Source of the DNA: Desulfatiglandales bacterium
GTDB taxonomy: Bacteria; Desulfobacterota; DSM-4660; Desulfatiglandales; Desulfatiglandaceae
Assembly: GCA_963662465.1 (NCBI GenBank)
Contig: OY759599.1
Location: 6,208,001 to 6,272,000, forward strand
Direction: 5' to 3'
Length of the DNA: 64,000 bases
Made by a program: the position numbers and the translations under genes
Notes under the pieces: generated by a model
Database searches by the model: none
What the model saw: the letters and a program-made list of their open reading frames with translations, nothing else
Told to the model about the DNA's origin: nothing
Part shown: piece after piece, positions 50,903 to 62,174 of the stretch
Position numbering within the stretch: position 1 is the first letter of the stretch
Layout of the letters: each line of letters begins with the position of its first letter

Positions 50903-51059
50903 CCATACCGGGCGGCGTTGACACGCCAGGGCTGAACCCGCCTCCCATGACTTTTTGAAACATGATGTGAAAGTCTTTTTCATACCTTGAAAACCAACAC
51001 CAGCTCCAAGCTCCGAGATCCAAATACGTTGCATATTTGTCTGTCAGGTTTTTCCTCAA

Positions 51060-51300
51060 ACGGCTCACGACCAATTATTGGAACTGCAAAGGGTCTGGTT
51101 TCTGGTGGGGTGGGGGGGGGATGCTTGAGGCAATCCAGCGATTCATCGATACCAATTCCCTCGACGCGGTATTTGATGTTCCGGCCTCGATTATTGAAAC
51201 ATACAAAGACGATTTTGCGAAATATGTAACCCAGTCCGATTTGCTCCGTTTTCATAAGGTGTTTAACTATGTCCCCATGGCCGCCGGCGGTGAAAAAACT
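51060..51300 (+). pseudogene. Internal fragment of an AAA+/DUF4143-type ATPase
   Basis: HDQLLELQRVWFLVG..MLEAI...IETYKDDFAKY, disrupted at a G run. Confidence 0.5.
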
Positions 51301-51477
51301 AGACCTTAGCAGATAGATTCCGTGTTGTGTCTGGAACTTTTGTTTAGTACAGACACACGGATTGATTGACAGAGCCCGTCAAATTGTTCAGAATAAAGTC
51401 AAAATTCATTGATAGGTGGCGCAGACTTTACTGGGTTTCCATTTTGATGCTCATAGAAGAGAAACGGGAGATACGCC

Positions 51478-51969
51478 ATGTCAGAGATTGACAAATGGGA
51501 TGAAGTGTTTGAACAACGCCTGACCGGCTTCTTAAAGGAGCATTTGGCCGAGCTCTTGACCAGCGAAGGCCTGAGTCGGCCTGCCAAGGTTTACGAGATA
51601 GAACTTCGGGAGCGGCTTGTGAGGGTGGAAGAGGCGATTAAACACCAGAGCGAGCTGATCCAAAAGACCCTCGACTTCATGGATGTGCGGTTCGGCGCCG
51701 TGGACAAGCGGTTTGAGGCGGTGGACAAGCGGTTCGAGGCGGTGGACAAGCGGTTCGAGGAATTGAGAGAGGATATGAATACACGGTTCGAGGCCGTGGA
51801 TAAGCGGTTTGAAGAGCTGAGAGAGGATATGAATACACGGTTCGAGGCCGTGGATAAGCGGTTTGAGGCCGTGGATAGGCGCTTCAACTCGTTGCAGTGG
51901 CTGATAGGGGGAGGGTTTACCTTCCTGACCGTCGTTATCGTCCTTATGAAATTCCTCGTCGGCCCTTGA
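51478..51969 (+). CDS. Coiled-coil repeat protein with C-terminal TM (DUF1640/Bdr-like)
   Basis: Tandem AVDKRFE and ELREDMNTRFE repeats, a terminal hydrophobic helix, and a GGAG RBS. Confidence 0.75.
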   Translation: MSEIDKWDEVFEQRLTGFLKEHLAELLTSEGLSRPAKVYEIELRERLVRVEEAIKHQSELIQKTLDFMDVRFGAVDKRFEAVDKRFEAVDKRFEELREDMNTRFEAVDKRFEELREDMNTRFEAVDKRFEAVDRRFNSLQWLIGGGFTFLTVVIVLMKFLVGP

Positions 51970-52159
51970 GTTGCCGCTACGCCATGAATTTGTACCTTCC
52001 TTGAACTGCGCGGGACGTTCATAAGAAACTAAGAAACTCGCCAGGCGTACATTGATTTCCCGCTCGCCGAGGCCGCGTATCGGTTGTTATTCGAAAATTA
52101 TTGCAAAGCGGCTGATTACGACAGTCCGTGGAAAAACGCTTCGGAATGTTATTTCCTCT

Positions 52160-52238
52160 CGTTCCCACGCTCCAGCGTGGGAATGCACTGTGGACGCTCA
52201 GCGCCGTTCGCACCGTTCCCACGCAGAGCGTGGGAACG
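52160..52238. repeat. REP doublet (REPIN-like) immediately 5' of the intron
   Basis: CGTTCCCACGCTCCAGCGTGGGAATG...CGTTCCCACGCAGAGCGTGGGAACG. Confidence 0.8.
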
Positions 52239-54141
52239 GTGCGCCTGTGAAGGCGCTTTATCAGTGCGGTGAAAGTCCGTACCGGAGTATGCCATAGCTC
52301 CGTAGCCGAAGGTAACTGCGTCGCCGCGAGGCGGGGTGGAGAGCAACCGGAGGCGAAAAGTCAGTCCGTAGGATGACGAACCCGATTCGGTGTCATGTGG
52401 TGGCGAGCCTACCGTTCCATGGTGAAGCCTGAAACTCACAGACCACGCTGTAATGGCGGTTAAAGCGATGGTTTGACGGCATGGTATGTTTGGGGTCGGA
52501 ATGACTGGAAGGTAAAGCGAGATAAGCAGGGAGACCTGTCTCTTGGGGTGACAGGAGGCAGGAGTCAGAGTCCTCATAGTACCGTAGCGACAGAACGGTC
52601 CTGCTAACAAGGCTTACGGCGTGAGACCAGTACCCGCCGCCTGCGTCGGATACCGGGTTGTGAAAAGCGCGGATAGCAAAACCGTGCCGAGGGAAGGAGG
52701 ATAGGAAGATAGATACGGAAAGGTCATATAGATGCAGCTAAATCAAGCAGTCTCGGCAGTGTTGGAAACAACTAAACGCGAGGCAGAAACCCGATGGGAT
52801 TGGGTGGAAGCATCGGTGTGGACGGAACGTATGTTGGCAGCCCTGGGTAACGGGGTGAAAGGTGGTAAATGGTACAGTTTGATGGATAAGGTGTTCGCCT
52901 TGTCGACGCTGGAAGCGGCTTGGGGACGTGTCAAAGCCAATAAAGGAGCGGCAGGGATAGACCGTATCAGCATAAAGCGCTTTAAGGAGCAGGCGGAGAA
53001 ATACCTTGCCGAACTGCATGAAACCTTGAAAGCGGGAACGTACCGACCGGAAGCGGTAAAACGGGTATACATTCCGAAAAGCGACGGCAAACAACGCCCG
53101 CTGGGGATACCCACGGTCAAAGACCGGGTAGTGCAGGCAGCGGTTAAAATGGTTATGGAGCCCATATTCGAGCATGAATTTCTGCCGATGAGTTACGGCT
53201 TCAGGCCGCAAAGAGGTTGCAAGGACGCGTTGCGAGAAGTAGACGCGCTTATTAAGGAAGGCTACACCTTCATACTGGACGCCGACCTGAAAAGTTACTT
53301 TGATACGATTCCGCACGATAAGCTGATGCAACAAGTCGAAATGCGCATCAGCGACGGCAAATTGCTCAATCTGATTCAAATGTTCCTGAAACAGGACGTG
53401 ATGGACGGCTTGGAAAGATGGACACCGACGGGTGGTTCGCCACAAGGGGCGGTAGTCAGCCCCTTGCTTGCGAATATTTACCTGCATCCTCTTGACAGCC
53501 TGATCGCGGAATCAGGTATGCGGATGGTGCGTTACGCAGACGACTTTGTTATCCTCAGCCGCAGTCAAACGGAAGCGGAGAATGCTTTGCAAAAGGTACG
53601 GGAGTGGGTACAGGCTAATGACCTGAGCTTACACCCGGACAAGACGCATCTTGGCGACTGTCGACAAAAGGGTCAGGGATTTGAATTCCTGGGATACCGG
53701 TTTGAGGCAGGAAAGCGCTGGATACGCAGTAAAAGCCGTAAAGCCCTTCGTGATAAAATCCGGGAAGAGACCCGGCGCAAACGTAGCGGAAGTATGGAAA
53801 GCATCATTGATGATCTGAACCCCATGCTTGAAGGCTGGTTTGGTTACTTCAAACACGCCTACCGCACTGAGTTTGCGGCGGTGGATAAGTTTGTCCGCCG
53901 ACGCTTACGCGCCGTATTATTGCGTCGTAACAAACGCAAGGGCTGGGGCAAAAGCCTTGAAGCCCACCGCCGCTGGCCGAATGCCTACTTCGCGAAAATC
54001 GGGCTTTTCACTATGCATGAGGCCCGGTTAGCAGCGTGCCGATCCCGATGAGGAAACTATCGACCGGAGAGCCGTGTGCGGGAGAACCGCATGCACGGTT
54101 CGGAGGGAGGGGAGAGCCAAGAGGCTCTTTCCTACCCCTAT
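52239..54141 (+). mobile_element. Group II intron, complete
   Basis: 5' GTGCG; RT ORF; domain V GAGCCGTGTGCGGGAGAACCGCATGCACGGTTC; domain VI ending CCCCTAT. Confidence 0.92.
52732..54051 (+). CDS. ltrA: Group II intron reverse transcriptase/maturase (no endonuclease domain)
   Basis: RPLGIP, SYGFRP, PQG and YADD motifs, and an X/thumb domain (LNPMLEGWFGYF); no HNH. Confidence 0.95.
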   Translation: MQLNQAVSAVLETTKREAETRWDWVEASVWTERMLAALGNGVKGGKWYSLMDKVFALSTLEAAWGRVKANKGAAGIDRISIKRFKEQAEKYLAELHETLKAGTYRPEAVKRVYIPKSDGKQRPLGIPTVKDRVVQAAVKMVMEPIFEHEFLPMSYGFRPQRGCKDALREVDALIKEGYTFILDADLKSYFDTIPHDKLMQQVEMRISDGKLLNLIQMFLKQDVMDGLERWTPTGGSPQGAVVSPLLANIYLHPLDSLIAESGMRMVRYADDFVILSRSQTEAENALQKVREWVQANDLSLHPDKTHLGDCRQKGQGFEFLGYRFEAGKRWIRSKSRKALRDKIREETRRKRSGSMESIIDDLNPMLEGWFGYFKHAYRTEFAAVDKFVRRRLRAVLLRRNKRKGWGKSLEAHRRWPNAYFAKIGLFTMHEARLAACRSR

Positions 54142-54195
54142 AGGGAGTGTAGTGCGTAAAAACGAGTATACTCTCCAACGGTTGTGATTTACACC

Positions 54196-54973
54196 CGTAC
54201 AGCTGTACCGCAAAGACGGCAGCGATGAATGGGTGTTGGCGCACGTGGAAGTGCAGGGGCAGAAAAAGAAACCGTTCCCTGAGAGGATGTACACTTATAA
54301 TTACCGAACATTTGACCTTTTTCATCGGAAAGTAGCCAGTATCGCGATTCTGGCGGATGAAAATCCTTTGTGGCGTCCGGATCATTTCAGTTATGACTTG
54401 TGGGGAAGTCGTGCCGGGCTGTGGTTTCCATGTGTGAAGCTTCTTGATTACCGTGAGAAATGGTTGGAACTGGAGGAGTCGACCAATCCCTTTGCCTCGG
54501 TTGTGATGGCGTATTTAAAGGCGGTTGAAACCAAGGGAGACAACGATCAGAGATACCGGTGGAAGCTGATTCTCATTAAAAGACTCTATCGCCAGGGATA
54601 CGCTAAAGTAGATGTGATCAGGCTGTTTGCATTTATAGATTGGGTCATGTCCCTGCCTGCGGATATGGAAAAAGGCCTTTGGACGGAAGTCCAAAAGTTT
54701 GAGGAGGAAACGAAAATGGAATATGTTACCAGCGTGGAAAGAATCGGTATGGAGAAAGGTATGGAGAAAGGCATGGAGAAAGGCAGCCTGAATCTTCTGT
54801 GCCGTCTCATTGCGAAGCGATTTAAAACCGGTTACGAATCGCTTCCGCTGATCTTCACCTTGGGTTTGCGTGCGGAAGATATCGAAGATCTTGGCGAGCG
54901 TTTCCTGGATGCCGAGAGTGTGGATGAGATTCGTCGATGGGCGGAAGAAAAACGCAGGGCGAGGATGCAGTAG
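54196..54973 (+). pseudogene. Rpn-like family A copy A2, 5'-disrupted; internal ORF 54716-54973
   Basis: Matches A3 from VQLYRK onward. A short 5' piece (ADYDSPWKNA) is stranded at about 52108-52153, before the REP and intron. Confidence 0.8.
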
Positions 54974-55239
54974 TGCAGGGACTTAGCCCATGGACATCTG
55001 GGTGGCACTCTGTAAAAAACATCAACGGACGCGGAGCGTCCACCCGGTTGGGGAGGGTGGCTTCAATTCCGGTTGTAATCCTTATCCTGTTCATCCTGTA
55101 TATCCATGTTCATTTTTCCATTGGTTCAAGAAATGGATAATGATTATGTCGCTGTTCACAGGAGAAGTTCTTCTCGGCACGCAAGCGCCGGTGTTTCATT
55201 TTATTGACAATTCTCTTTAAATGAGCCACAATCGACACC

Positions 55240-56214
55240 ATGGTCGAACATGACAACAGTTACAAGCTTCTTTTTTCCCATGCGGAGATGGTCCGGGATT
55301 TGCTTCTGGGTTTTGTGAAAGAGGAGTGGGTCCGGAAACTCGATCTGGCGTCATTGGAACGGGTGAGCGGGTCCTATGTAAGCGATGATATCCGGGATCG
55401 GCACGACGATATTGTCTGGCGGGTGAAGTGGGGCCGAGAGTGGCTCTATGTGTACATCTTGATCGAGTTTCAGTCAACCATCGATAAATACATGCCACTG
55501 CGTGTCCTGGTGTATGTCGGGCTTTTATATCAGGACCTGATTCGGGAAAAGAAACTGGGACCTTCGGGCAAATTGCCGGCTGTTCTGCCGGTGGTACTGT
55601 ATAATGGGAGCCGGCGCTGGGACAAGTCCACCGAATTGTGGGACCTGATCGAGGATGTGCCTGGGGGGCTATCCCAATATCGTCCCCGGTTCACATTCTT
55701 GCTGCTGGACGAAGGCGCTTACCGGGATGAAGATCTGAAACCGCTTAAGAATCTTGTTTCGGCCCTGTTCCGTTTGGAAAACAGCCGGAACCCGGAACGG
55801 ATCAGGGAGGTGGTAACAGTGCTGTTGGATTGGCTGGCTGCGCCCGAACAGGCGAGTTTGAGACGCGCCTTTACGGTATGGTTTAATCGGGTATTTTTTC
55901 CGTCCCGAGGAAAGGAAATGATACCCCCTGAATTTGAAGAACTGACGGAGGTACGTGCCATGCTGGCTGAAACCGTTGCGGAATGGAAAGAAGAATGGAA
56001 GAGGGATGGGCTGAAAGAAGGCCTGAAGAAAGGCCTGAAGAAAGGCCGGAAGGAGGGTGAAGCGAACATTCTTTTAAAGCTTATTGAGATGAAATTTGGA
56101 CGAATAAGCCTAATAGATCGAAAAAGGGTTCAATCGGCTGACAGTGAAACTCTGTTGAGATGGGGGAAACAAATTCTCACAGCCAACAAAATGGATGAGA
56201 TATTCAGACTGTAA
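55240..56214 (+). CDS. Rpn family recombination-promoting nuclease/putative transposase (YhgA-like), family B copy B1
   Basis: HDNSYKLLF, RHDDIVW, IEFQS and PVVLYNG motifs; G(L/R)K(E/K) repeats; internal GGAGGT RBS with ATG at 55960. Confidence 0.9.
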   Translation: MVEHDNSYKLLFSHAEMVRDLLLGFVKEEWVRKLDLASLERVSGSYVSDDIRDRHDDIVWRVKWGREWLYVYILIEFQSTIDKYMPLRVLVYVGLLYQDLIREKKLGPSGKLPAVLPVVLYNGSRRWDKSTELWDLIEDVPGGLSQYRPRFTFLLLDEGAYRDEDLKPLKNLVSALFRLENSRNPERIREVVTVLLDWLAAPEQASLRRAFTVWFNRVFFPSRGKEMIPPEFEELTEVRAMLAETVAEWKEEWKRDGLKEGLKKGLKKGRKEGEANILLKLIEMKFGRISLIDRKRVQSADSETLLRWGKQILTANKMDEIFRL

Positions 56215-56655
56215 GTCTAAGGAAAATTGGGACAGGCAAATAATGCCTCTATCAGCCCGCCATGTCATGGAACGGAAGTGGGACGTCCATAAAAAGCTAA
56301 AAAAGTCGCCAGGCGTACAATGATTTCCCGCTTGCCGAGGCCGCGTATCGGTTGTTATTCGAAAATTATTGCAAAAGGGAATAGGCTCAGACCTCAATCT
56401 TCTGACAGAATCAATCCCCCTTCCAGCGGGATTAACGGGATAAAAGAAAAAAGGTTATCAGTATACTGAAAATCACGTAAATCCTGTCACAATAACCCGG
56501 TAATATTCAAAAGGGACAGGCCGATAATTTTATATTGGCGACGTGGGCCGAATTCTCCTTGATCTCCATTGCTTCCATCAATTTCCAAACATCAAAAGAA
56601 CCTTGCCCGACCTTGGGATTTCTGATATTCTGGTAGTATATTCAAACTCGAATGG

Positions 56656-57654
56656 GTGGAACAAAAAATGACCTTTGACTCTGAAACGGCTGATTACGAC
56701 AGTCCGTGGAAAAACGCTCTGGAATGCTATTTTCGTGAATGCATTGAGTTTTTTCTTCCTGATATGGCGCAGGATGTGGATTGGGAAAGGGGATGCCTTT
56801 TTTTGGACAAGGAATTTCAGCAGGTGTCCAAAAATGCGGCTGTCGGTCGCAGATATGCCGACAAACTCGTACAATTGTACCGCAAAGACGGCAGCGATGA
56901 ATGGGTGTTGGCGCACGTGGAAGTGCAGGGGCAGAAAAGGAAACCGTTCCCTGAGAGGATGTACACTTATAATTACCGAACCTTTGACCTTTTTCATCGG
57001 GAAGTAGCCAGTATCGCGATTTTGGCGGATGAAAATCCTTTGTGGCGTCCGGATCATTTCAGTTATGACTTGTGGGGAAGTCGTGCCGGGCTGTGGTTTC
57101 CATGTGTAAAGCTTCTTGATTACCGTGAGAAATGGTCGGAACTGGAGGCATCGACCAATCCCTTTGCCTCGGTTGTGATGGCGCATTTAAAGGCGGTTGA
57201 AACCAAGGGAGACAACGAACAGCGATACCGGTGGAAGCTGATCCTCATTAAAAGGCTCTACCGCCAGGGATACGCTAAAGCAGATGTGATCAGGCTCTTT
57301 GCATTTATAGATTGGGTCATGTCCCTGCCCGCGGATATGGAAAAAGGCCTTTGGACGGAAATCCAAAAGTTCGAGGAGGAAACGAAAATGGAATATGTTA
57401 CCAGCGTGGAAAGAATCGGTATGGAGAAAGGCATGGAGAAAGGCATGGAGAAAGGCATGGAGAAAGGCAGTCTGAATCTTCTGTGCCGTCAAATTGCGAA
57501 GCGGTTTAAAACCGGATACGAATCGCTTCCGCCGATCTTCACGGGTTTGCGTGCGGAAGATATCGAAGATCTTGGCGAGCGTTTCCTGGATGCCGAGAGC
57601 GTGGATGAGATTCGTCGATGGGCGGAAGAAAAACGCAGGGCGAGGATGCAGTAG
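56656..57654 (+). CDS. Rpn-like PD-(D/E)XK nuclease with DUF4351-like C-terminus, family A full-length copy A3
   Basis: DYDSPWK, YADKLV and HVEVQ motifs; (GMEK)x4; internal start at 57388. The main start may be the ATG at 56668. Confidence 0.85.
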   Translation: MEQKMTFDSETADYDSPWKNALECYFRECIEFFLPDMAQDVDWERGCLFLDKEFQQVSKNAAVGRRYADKLVQLYRKDGSDEWVLAHVEVQGQKRKPFPERMYTYNYRTFDLFHREVASIAILADENPLWRPDHFSYDLWGSRAGLWFPCVKLLDYREKWSELEASTNPFASVVMAHLKAVETKGDNEQRYRWKLILIKRLYRQGYAKADVIRLFAFIDWVMSLPADMEKGLWTEIQKFEEETKMEYVTSVERIGMEKGMEKGMEKGMEKGSLNLLCRQIAKRFKTGYESLPPIFTGLRAEDIEDLGERFLDAESVDEIRRWAEEKRRARMQ

Positions 57655-57750
57655 AGCTGAGGGACTCAGCCCATGGACATCTTTCCCAAAAACCTCGATT
57701 TAAGTTCACAGATTTCTTGTTTTTCATGACAGAAAACCTGGAAATAAGGT

Positions 57751-57876
57751 ACTAAACAGCTTGAAGAGGAATTCCAGGTTTCGGTGGATGCTTACCTTGA
57801 TTTTTGTAAAGATCTTGGGGAGACTCCAGAAAAACTATATTCAGGGAAGATTGTGTTGCGCTTGCTGCTCAAATAG
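57751..57876 (+). pseudogene. HicB antitoxin fragment
   Basis: LEEEFQVSVDAYLDFCKDLGETPEKLYSGKIVLRL; no start codon. Confidence 0.65.
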
Positions 57877-58175
57877 CCAACCAGAGCCTCAACGTATGGG
57901 CAGCAGAGCATTTGATCAAAAATGCCGAACAAGAACTTCAAAAGCCTTTTTGAAGAAATTGGTTTCCCTGCCTGAGTCTCCGATTTTTCTTGCACATTAA
58001 TAGTATGCCCCTACGCTAAACGCAACATGCACAAAATAGACCCTCTTCCGAGCATCTTCAGGATAAAAAAAGCCTGTATAGTGAAGTACCTTTTATCGGA
58101 ACTTATAGCCACATAAGTTCTGACAATCAGAACCTTATCCTTGACACATCGAGCCTCAGAGTGTATTGAAATTAT

Positions 58176-58481
58176 ATGCACATAATCGCCCGTAACTCAC
58201 TAATTGAATTTGGGGTAAAATATCCGGACGGCAGAACGGCTGTTGACAGGTGGTGGACCATATGCAGAAAAAATACTTTTTGTTCTTTCTCCGACCTGAA
58301 AAAGACATTCGGCACAGCCGATATGGTAAACAGATGTGTTATTTTCAACATCGGTGGCGGAAAATATAGATTGGTGGTAAGCGTCAACTTTGTGGGCCGG
58401 AGAATGTGGGTAAAGTATGTGTTACCCCATAATGAATATGAAAAACTTGATCTGAAGGAGGACTCAAAATGCCGGCCGTAG
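58176..58481 (+). CDS. higB: HigB family toxin
   Basis: MHIIA...DLKKTFGTAD...IFNIGGGKYRLV...HNEYEK. Confidence 0.85.
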   Translation: MHIIARNSLIEFGVKYPDGRTAVDRWWTICRKNTFCSFSDLKKTFGTADMVNRCVIFNIGGGKYRLVVSVNFVGRRMWVKYVLPHNEYEKLDLKEDSKCRP

Positions 58482-58849
58482 ATCGGATAGACTCCAGAGA
58501 TTTATATCCACTGATGGTTATAAGAACCCAGGATGATTACAAAAAGGCACTTGGTTCCATGGAGACTGTTTTTGATGAGGAGACAGGCCCCCTGGCGGAT
58601 TATGCAGAAACACTTGCCATCCTGATTGTGCACTATGAGGAACAGAATTTTCTATTGGAGAAAAAACAGGGGGTGGAAGTCCTGAAGTTTCTTATGGAAC
58701 AGAATGGTCTCAAACAAAGGGATCTGGTGGGGACTCTTGGAGGGAAGTCGACTGTTTCGGAGATACTTAATGGGAAAAGGCCATTGAATCTCCAACACAT
58801 CAGGATCTTGGCAGATAGATTCCATGTTGTGCCTGGAACCTTTGTTTAA
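58469..58849 (+). CDS. higA: HigA family HTH antitoxin
   Basis: LKFLMEQNGLKQRDL...KSTVSEILNGKRPLN; follows the toxin. Confidence 0.85.
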   Translation: MPAVDRIDSRDLYPLMVIRTQDDYKKALGSMETVFDEETGPLADYAETLAILIVHYEEQNFLLEKKQGVEVLKFLMEQNGLKQRDLVGTLGGKSTVSEILNGKRPLNLQHIRILADRFHVVPGTFV

Positions 58850-59047
58850 CACGGACACACAGGCTGACACCGACTTTTTCACCTATCGCAGCTTCTTCCA
58901 TGACGAAGAAACCGGCATCCTTCAAAACAGCTCAAAAGTAGTTTACACTTTTGAAAAGTGAAAGGTGAAAAGTTGACGACTCTTCACTCTTCGGCATCCG
59001 GTGCATGACTTTTCAAAAAAGTGTAAACTGCGAGATGAAGGATGCCC

Positions 59048-59516
59048 ATCGACCAATCCCTTTGCCTCGGTTGTGATGGCGCATTTAAAGGCGGTTGAAA
59101 CCAAGGGAGGCAACGATCAGAGATACCGGTGGAAGCTGATCCTCATCAAAAGGCTCTACCGCCAGGGATACGCTAAAGCAGATGTGATCAGGCTGTTTGC
59201 ATTTATAGATTGGGTCATGTCCCTTCCCGCGGATATGGAAAAAGGCCTTTGGACGGAAATCCAAAAGTTCGAGGAGGAAACGAACATGGAATATGTTACC
59301 AGCGTAGAAAGAATCGGTATGGAGAAAGGCAGCCTGAATCTTCTGTGCCGTCTCATTGCGAAGCGGTTTAAAACCGCTTACGAATCGCTTCCGCCGATCT
59401 TCACGGGTTTGCGTGCGGAAGATATCGAAGATCCTGGCGAGCGTTTCCTGGATGCCGAGAGCGTGGATGAGATTCGTCGATGGGCGGAAGAGAAACGCAG
59501 GGCGAGGATGCAGTAG
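59048..59516 (+). pseudogene. Rpn-like family A copy A4, 5'-truncated; internal ORF 59286-59516
   Basis: Homology to A3 starts at STNPFA. Confidence 0.8.
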
Positions 59517-59782
59517 AGCAGAGACTCAGCCCATGGACATCTGGGTGGTGCTTTGTAAAAAACATCAACGGACGCGGAGCGGCCACTCGGTTGGGGAGGG
59601 TGGCTTCAATTCCGGTTGCAATCCTTATCCCGTTCATCCTGTATATCCATGTTCATTTTTCAATTGGTTCAAGAAATGGATAATGATCATGTCGCTGTTC
59701 ACAGGGGAAGTTCTTCCCGGCACGCAAGCGCCGGTGTTTCATTTTATTGACAATTCTCTTTAAATGAGCCACAATCGACACC

Positions 59783-60841
59783 ATGGTCGAACATGACAAC
59801 AGTTACAAGCTTCTTTTTTCCCATGCGGAGATGGTCCGGGATTTGCTTCTGGGTTTTGTGAAAGAGGAGTGGGTCCGGAAGCTCGATCTGGCGTCATTGG
59901 AACGGGTGAGCGGGTCCTATGTAAGCGATGATATCCGGGATCGGCATGACGATATTGTATGGCGGGTGAAGTGGGGTCGAGAGTGGCTCTATGTGTACAT
60001 CCTGATCGAGTTTCAGTCAACCGTCGATATATACATGCCACTGCGCGTCCTGGTGTATATCGGGCTTTTATATCAGGACCTGATCCGGGAAAAGAAACTG
60101 GGACCTTCGGGCAAATTGCCGGCTGTTCTGCCGGTGGTACTGTATAATGGGAGCCGGCGCTGGGACAAGTCCACCGAGTTGTGGGACCTGATCGAGGATG
60201 TGCCTGGGGGGCTATCCCAATATCGTCCCCGGTTTACATTCTTGCTGCTGGACGAAGGCGCTTACCGGGATGAAGATCTGAAACCGCTTAAGAATCTTGT
60301 TTCGGCCCTGTTCCGTTTGGAAAACAGCCGGGACCCGGAACGGATCAGGGAGGTGGTAACAGCGCTGTTGGATTGGCTGGCTGCGCCGGAACAGGCGAGT
60401 TTGAGACGCGCCTTTACGGTATGGTTTAATCGGGTATTTTTTCCGTCCCGAGGAAAGGAAATGATACCCCCTGAATTTGAAGAACTGACGGAGGTACGTG
60501 CCATGCTGGCTGAAACCGTTGCAGAATGGAAAGAAGAATGGAAGAGGGATGGCCGAAAGGAAGGCCTGAAAGAAGGCCGGAACGAAGGCCTGAAAGAAGG
60601 CCGGAACGAAGGCCTGAAAGAAGGCCGGAACGAAGGCCTGAAAGAAGGCCGGAACGAAGGTCGGAAGGAGGGTCGGAAGGAGGGGGAAGCAAACATTCTT
60701 TTAAAGCTTATTGAACTGAAGTTTGGACCCATAAACCTGAAAGACCGAAAACTGGTTCAATCCGCTGACAGCGAAACCCTGTTGAGATGGGGAAAACAAA
60801 TTCTCACAGCCAACAAAATGGATGAGATATTCAGACTGTAA
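59783..60841 (+). CDS. Rpn family nuclease, family B copy B2 with expanded repeat
   Basis: Near-identical to B1; internal ATG at 60503. Confidence 0.9.
   Translation: MVEHDNSYKLLFSHAEMVRDLLLGFVKEEWVRKLDLASLERVSGSYVSDDIRDRHDDIVWRVKWGREWLYVYILIEFQSTVDIYMPLRVLVYIGLLYQDLIREKKLGPSGKLPAVLPVVLYNGSRRWDKSTELWDLIEDVPGGLSQYRPRFTFLLLDEGAYRDEDLKPLKNLVSALFRLENSRDPERIREVVTALLDWLAAPEQASLRRAFTVWFNRVFFPSRGKEMIPPEFEELTEVRAMLAETVAEWKEEWKRDGRKEGLKEGRNEGLKEGRNEGLKEGRNEGLKEGRNEGRKEGRKEGEANILLKLIELKFGPINLKDRKLVQSADSETLLRWGKQILTANKMDEIFRL
60560..60655 (+). repeat. Perfect 24-nt tandem repeat x4 (EGLKEGRN)
   Basis: gaaggcctgaaagaaggccggaac repeated four times. Confidence 0.95.
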
Positions 60842-61103
60842 GTCTAAGGAAAATTGGGACAGGCAAATAATGCATCTATCAGCCCGCCATGTCATGGAAC
60901 GGAAGTGGGATGTCCATAAAAAGCTAAGAAAGTCGCCAGGCGTACATTGATTCCCCGCTTGCCGAGGCCGCGTATCGGTTGTTATTCGAAAATTATTGCA
61001 GAAGGGAATAGGTTCAGACCTCAATCTTCTGACAGGATCAACTGGATTAACTGGATAAAAGAAAAAAGGTTATAAGTATCCTGAAAATCAAGTAAATCCT
61101 GTC

Positions 61104-62174
61104 ACATTTGACCTTTTTCATCGGAAAGTAGCCAGTATCGCGATTCTGGCGGATTAACGTGAAAAAATGTTTCGCCACCAGGAAAAACCTCGGTGCATTC
61201 GTCATAAAGAATCGTATGTATTCGGAACCCGACGAACCCATGGTTATTTTTCCCACGCGGTAGGTCAGGGTGCGGCGCGTCCCGTTTTTTCCTCTGACGC
61301 TGTTGAATCCCAAATGGGTTGAAATCCATCAAACGACCGAAAAAACTCCAACGCGCCGTTCCCTGACATTTTTGCGACCACCCCAACGTCGCCAATGGGA
61401 TTATCGGTTTATGCCGAATCAATGTCAGGTAATCCCGCGTGTGGACATGTGGGATTTTGAATGTTCATGGGGGTTGGCGTGGAAATCGAAATTTCGCGGT
61501 AAAAATGTGAACGCGGGACAACCTGACCTACTGACTATACAACTTTTCCCCTCCGGGAATGTTTTTACGTCAATCCGCGATGAACCAAAAATCCTTTGTG
61601 GCGTCCGGATCATTTCAGTTATGACTTGTGGGGAAGTCGTGCCGGGCTGTGGTTTCCATGTGTAAAGCTTCTTGATTACCGTGAGAAATGGTCGGAACTG
61701 GAGGCATCGACCAATCCCTTTGCCTCGGTTGTGATGGCGCATTTAAAGGCGGTTGAAACCAAAGGAAACAACGATCAGCGATACCGGTGGAAGCTGATCC
61801 TTATTAAAAGACTCTACCGCCAGGGATACGCTAAAGCAGATGTAATCAGGCTGTTTGCATTTATAGATTGGGTCATGTCCCTGCCTGCGGATATGGAAAA
61901 AGGCCTTTGGACGGAAATCCAAAAGTTCGAGGAGGAAACGAAAATGGAATATGTTACCAGCGTGGAAAGAATCGGTATGGAGAAAGGCAGCCTGAATCTT
62001 CTGTGCCGTCAAATTGCGAAGCGGTTTAAAACCGGTTACGAATCGCTTCCGCCGATCTTCACGGGTTTGCGTGCGGAAGATATCGAAGATCTTGGCGAGC
62101 GTTTTCTGGATGCCGAGAGCGTGGATGAGATTCGTCGATGGGCGGAAGAGAAACGCAGGGCGAGGATGCAGTAG
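61104..62174 (+). pseudogene. Rpn-like family A copy A5, truncated and interrupted; internal ORF 61944-62174
   Basis: A fragment at 61104-61154, an insertion up to 61586, then homology resumes. Confidence 0.8.
61149..61586. mobile_element. About 440-bp non-autonomous element related to the 48631 MITE ends
   Basis: Left GCGGATTAACGTGAAA, right TTTACGTCAATCCGCGATGAACC. It splits a sequence that is contiguous in A2 and A3. A partial copy is at 48791-48948. Confidence 0.6.

Noticed and set aside
42850..54141. Diversity-generating retroelement (RT plus near-identical repeats)
   Set aside because: The RT has YADD, a maturase domain and full group II intron RNA ends. Differences between the NHLP paralogs and in the rSAM relic are not adenine-specific, and many are synonymous. 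No Avd-like gene is present.
60560..60655. CRISPR array (also considered 51690-51880 and 15902-16030)
   Set aside because: These are head-to-tail in-frame coding repeats with no unique spacers and no cas genes.
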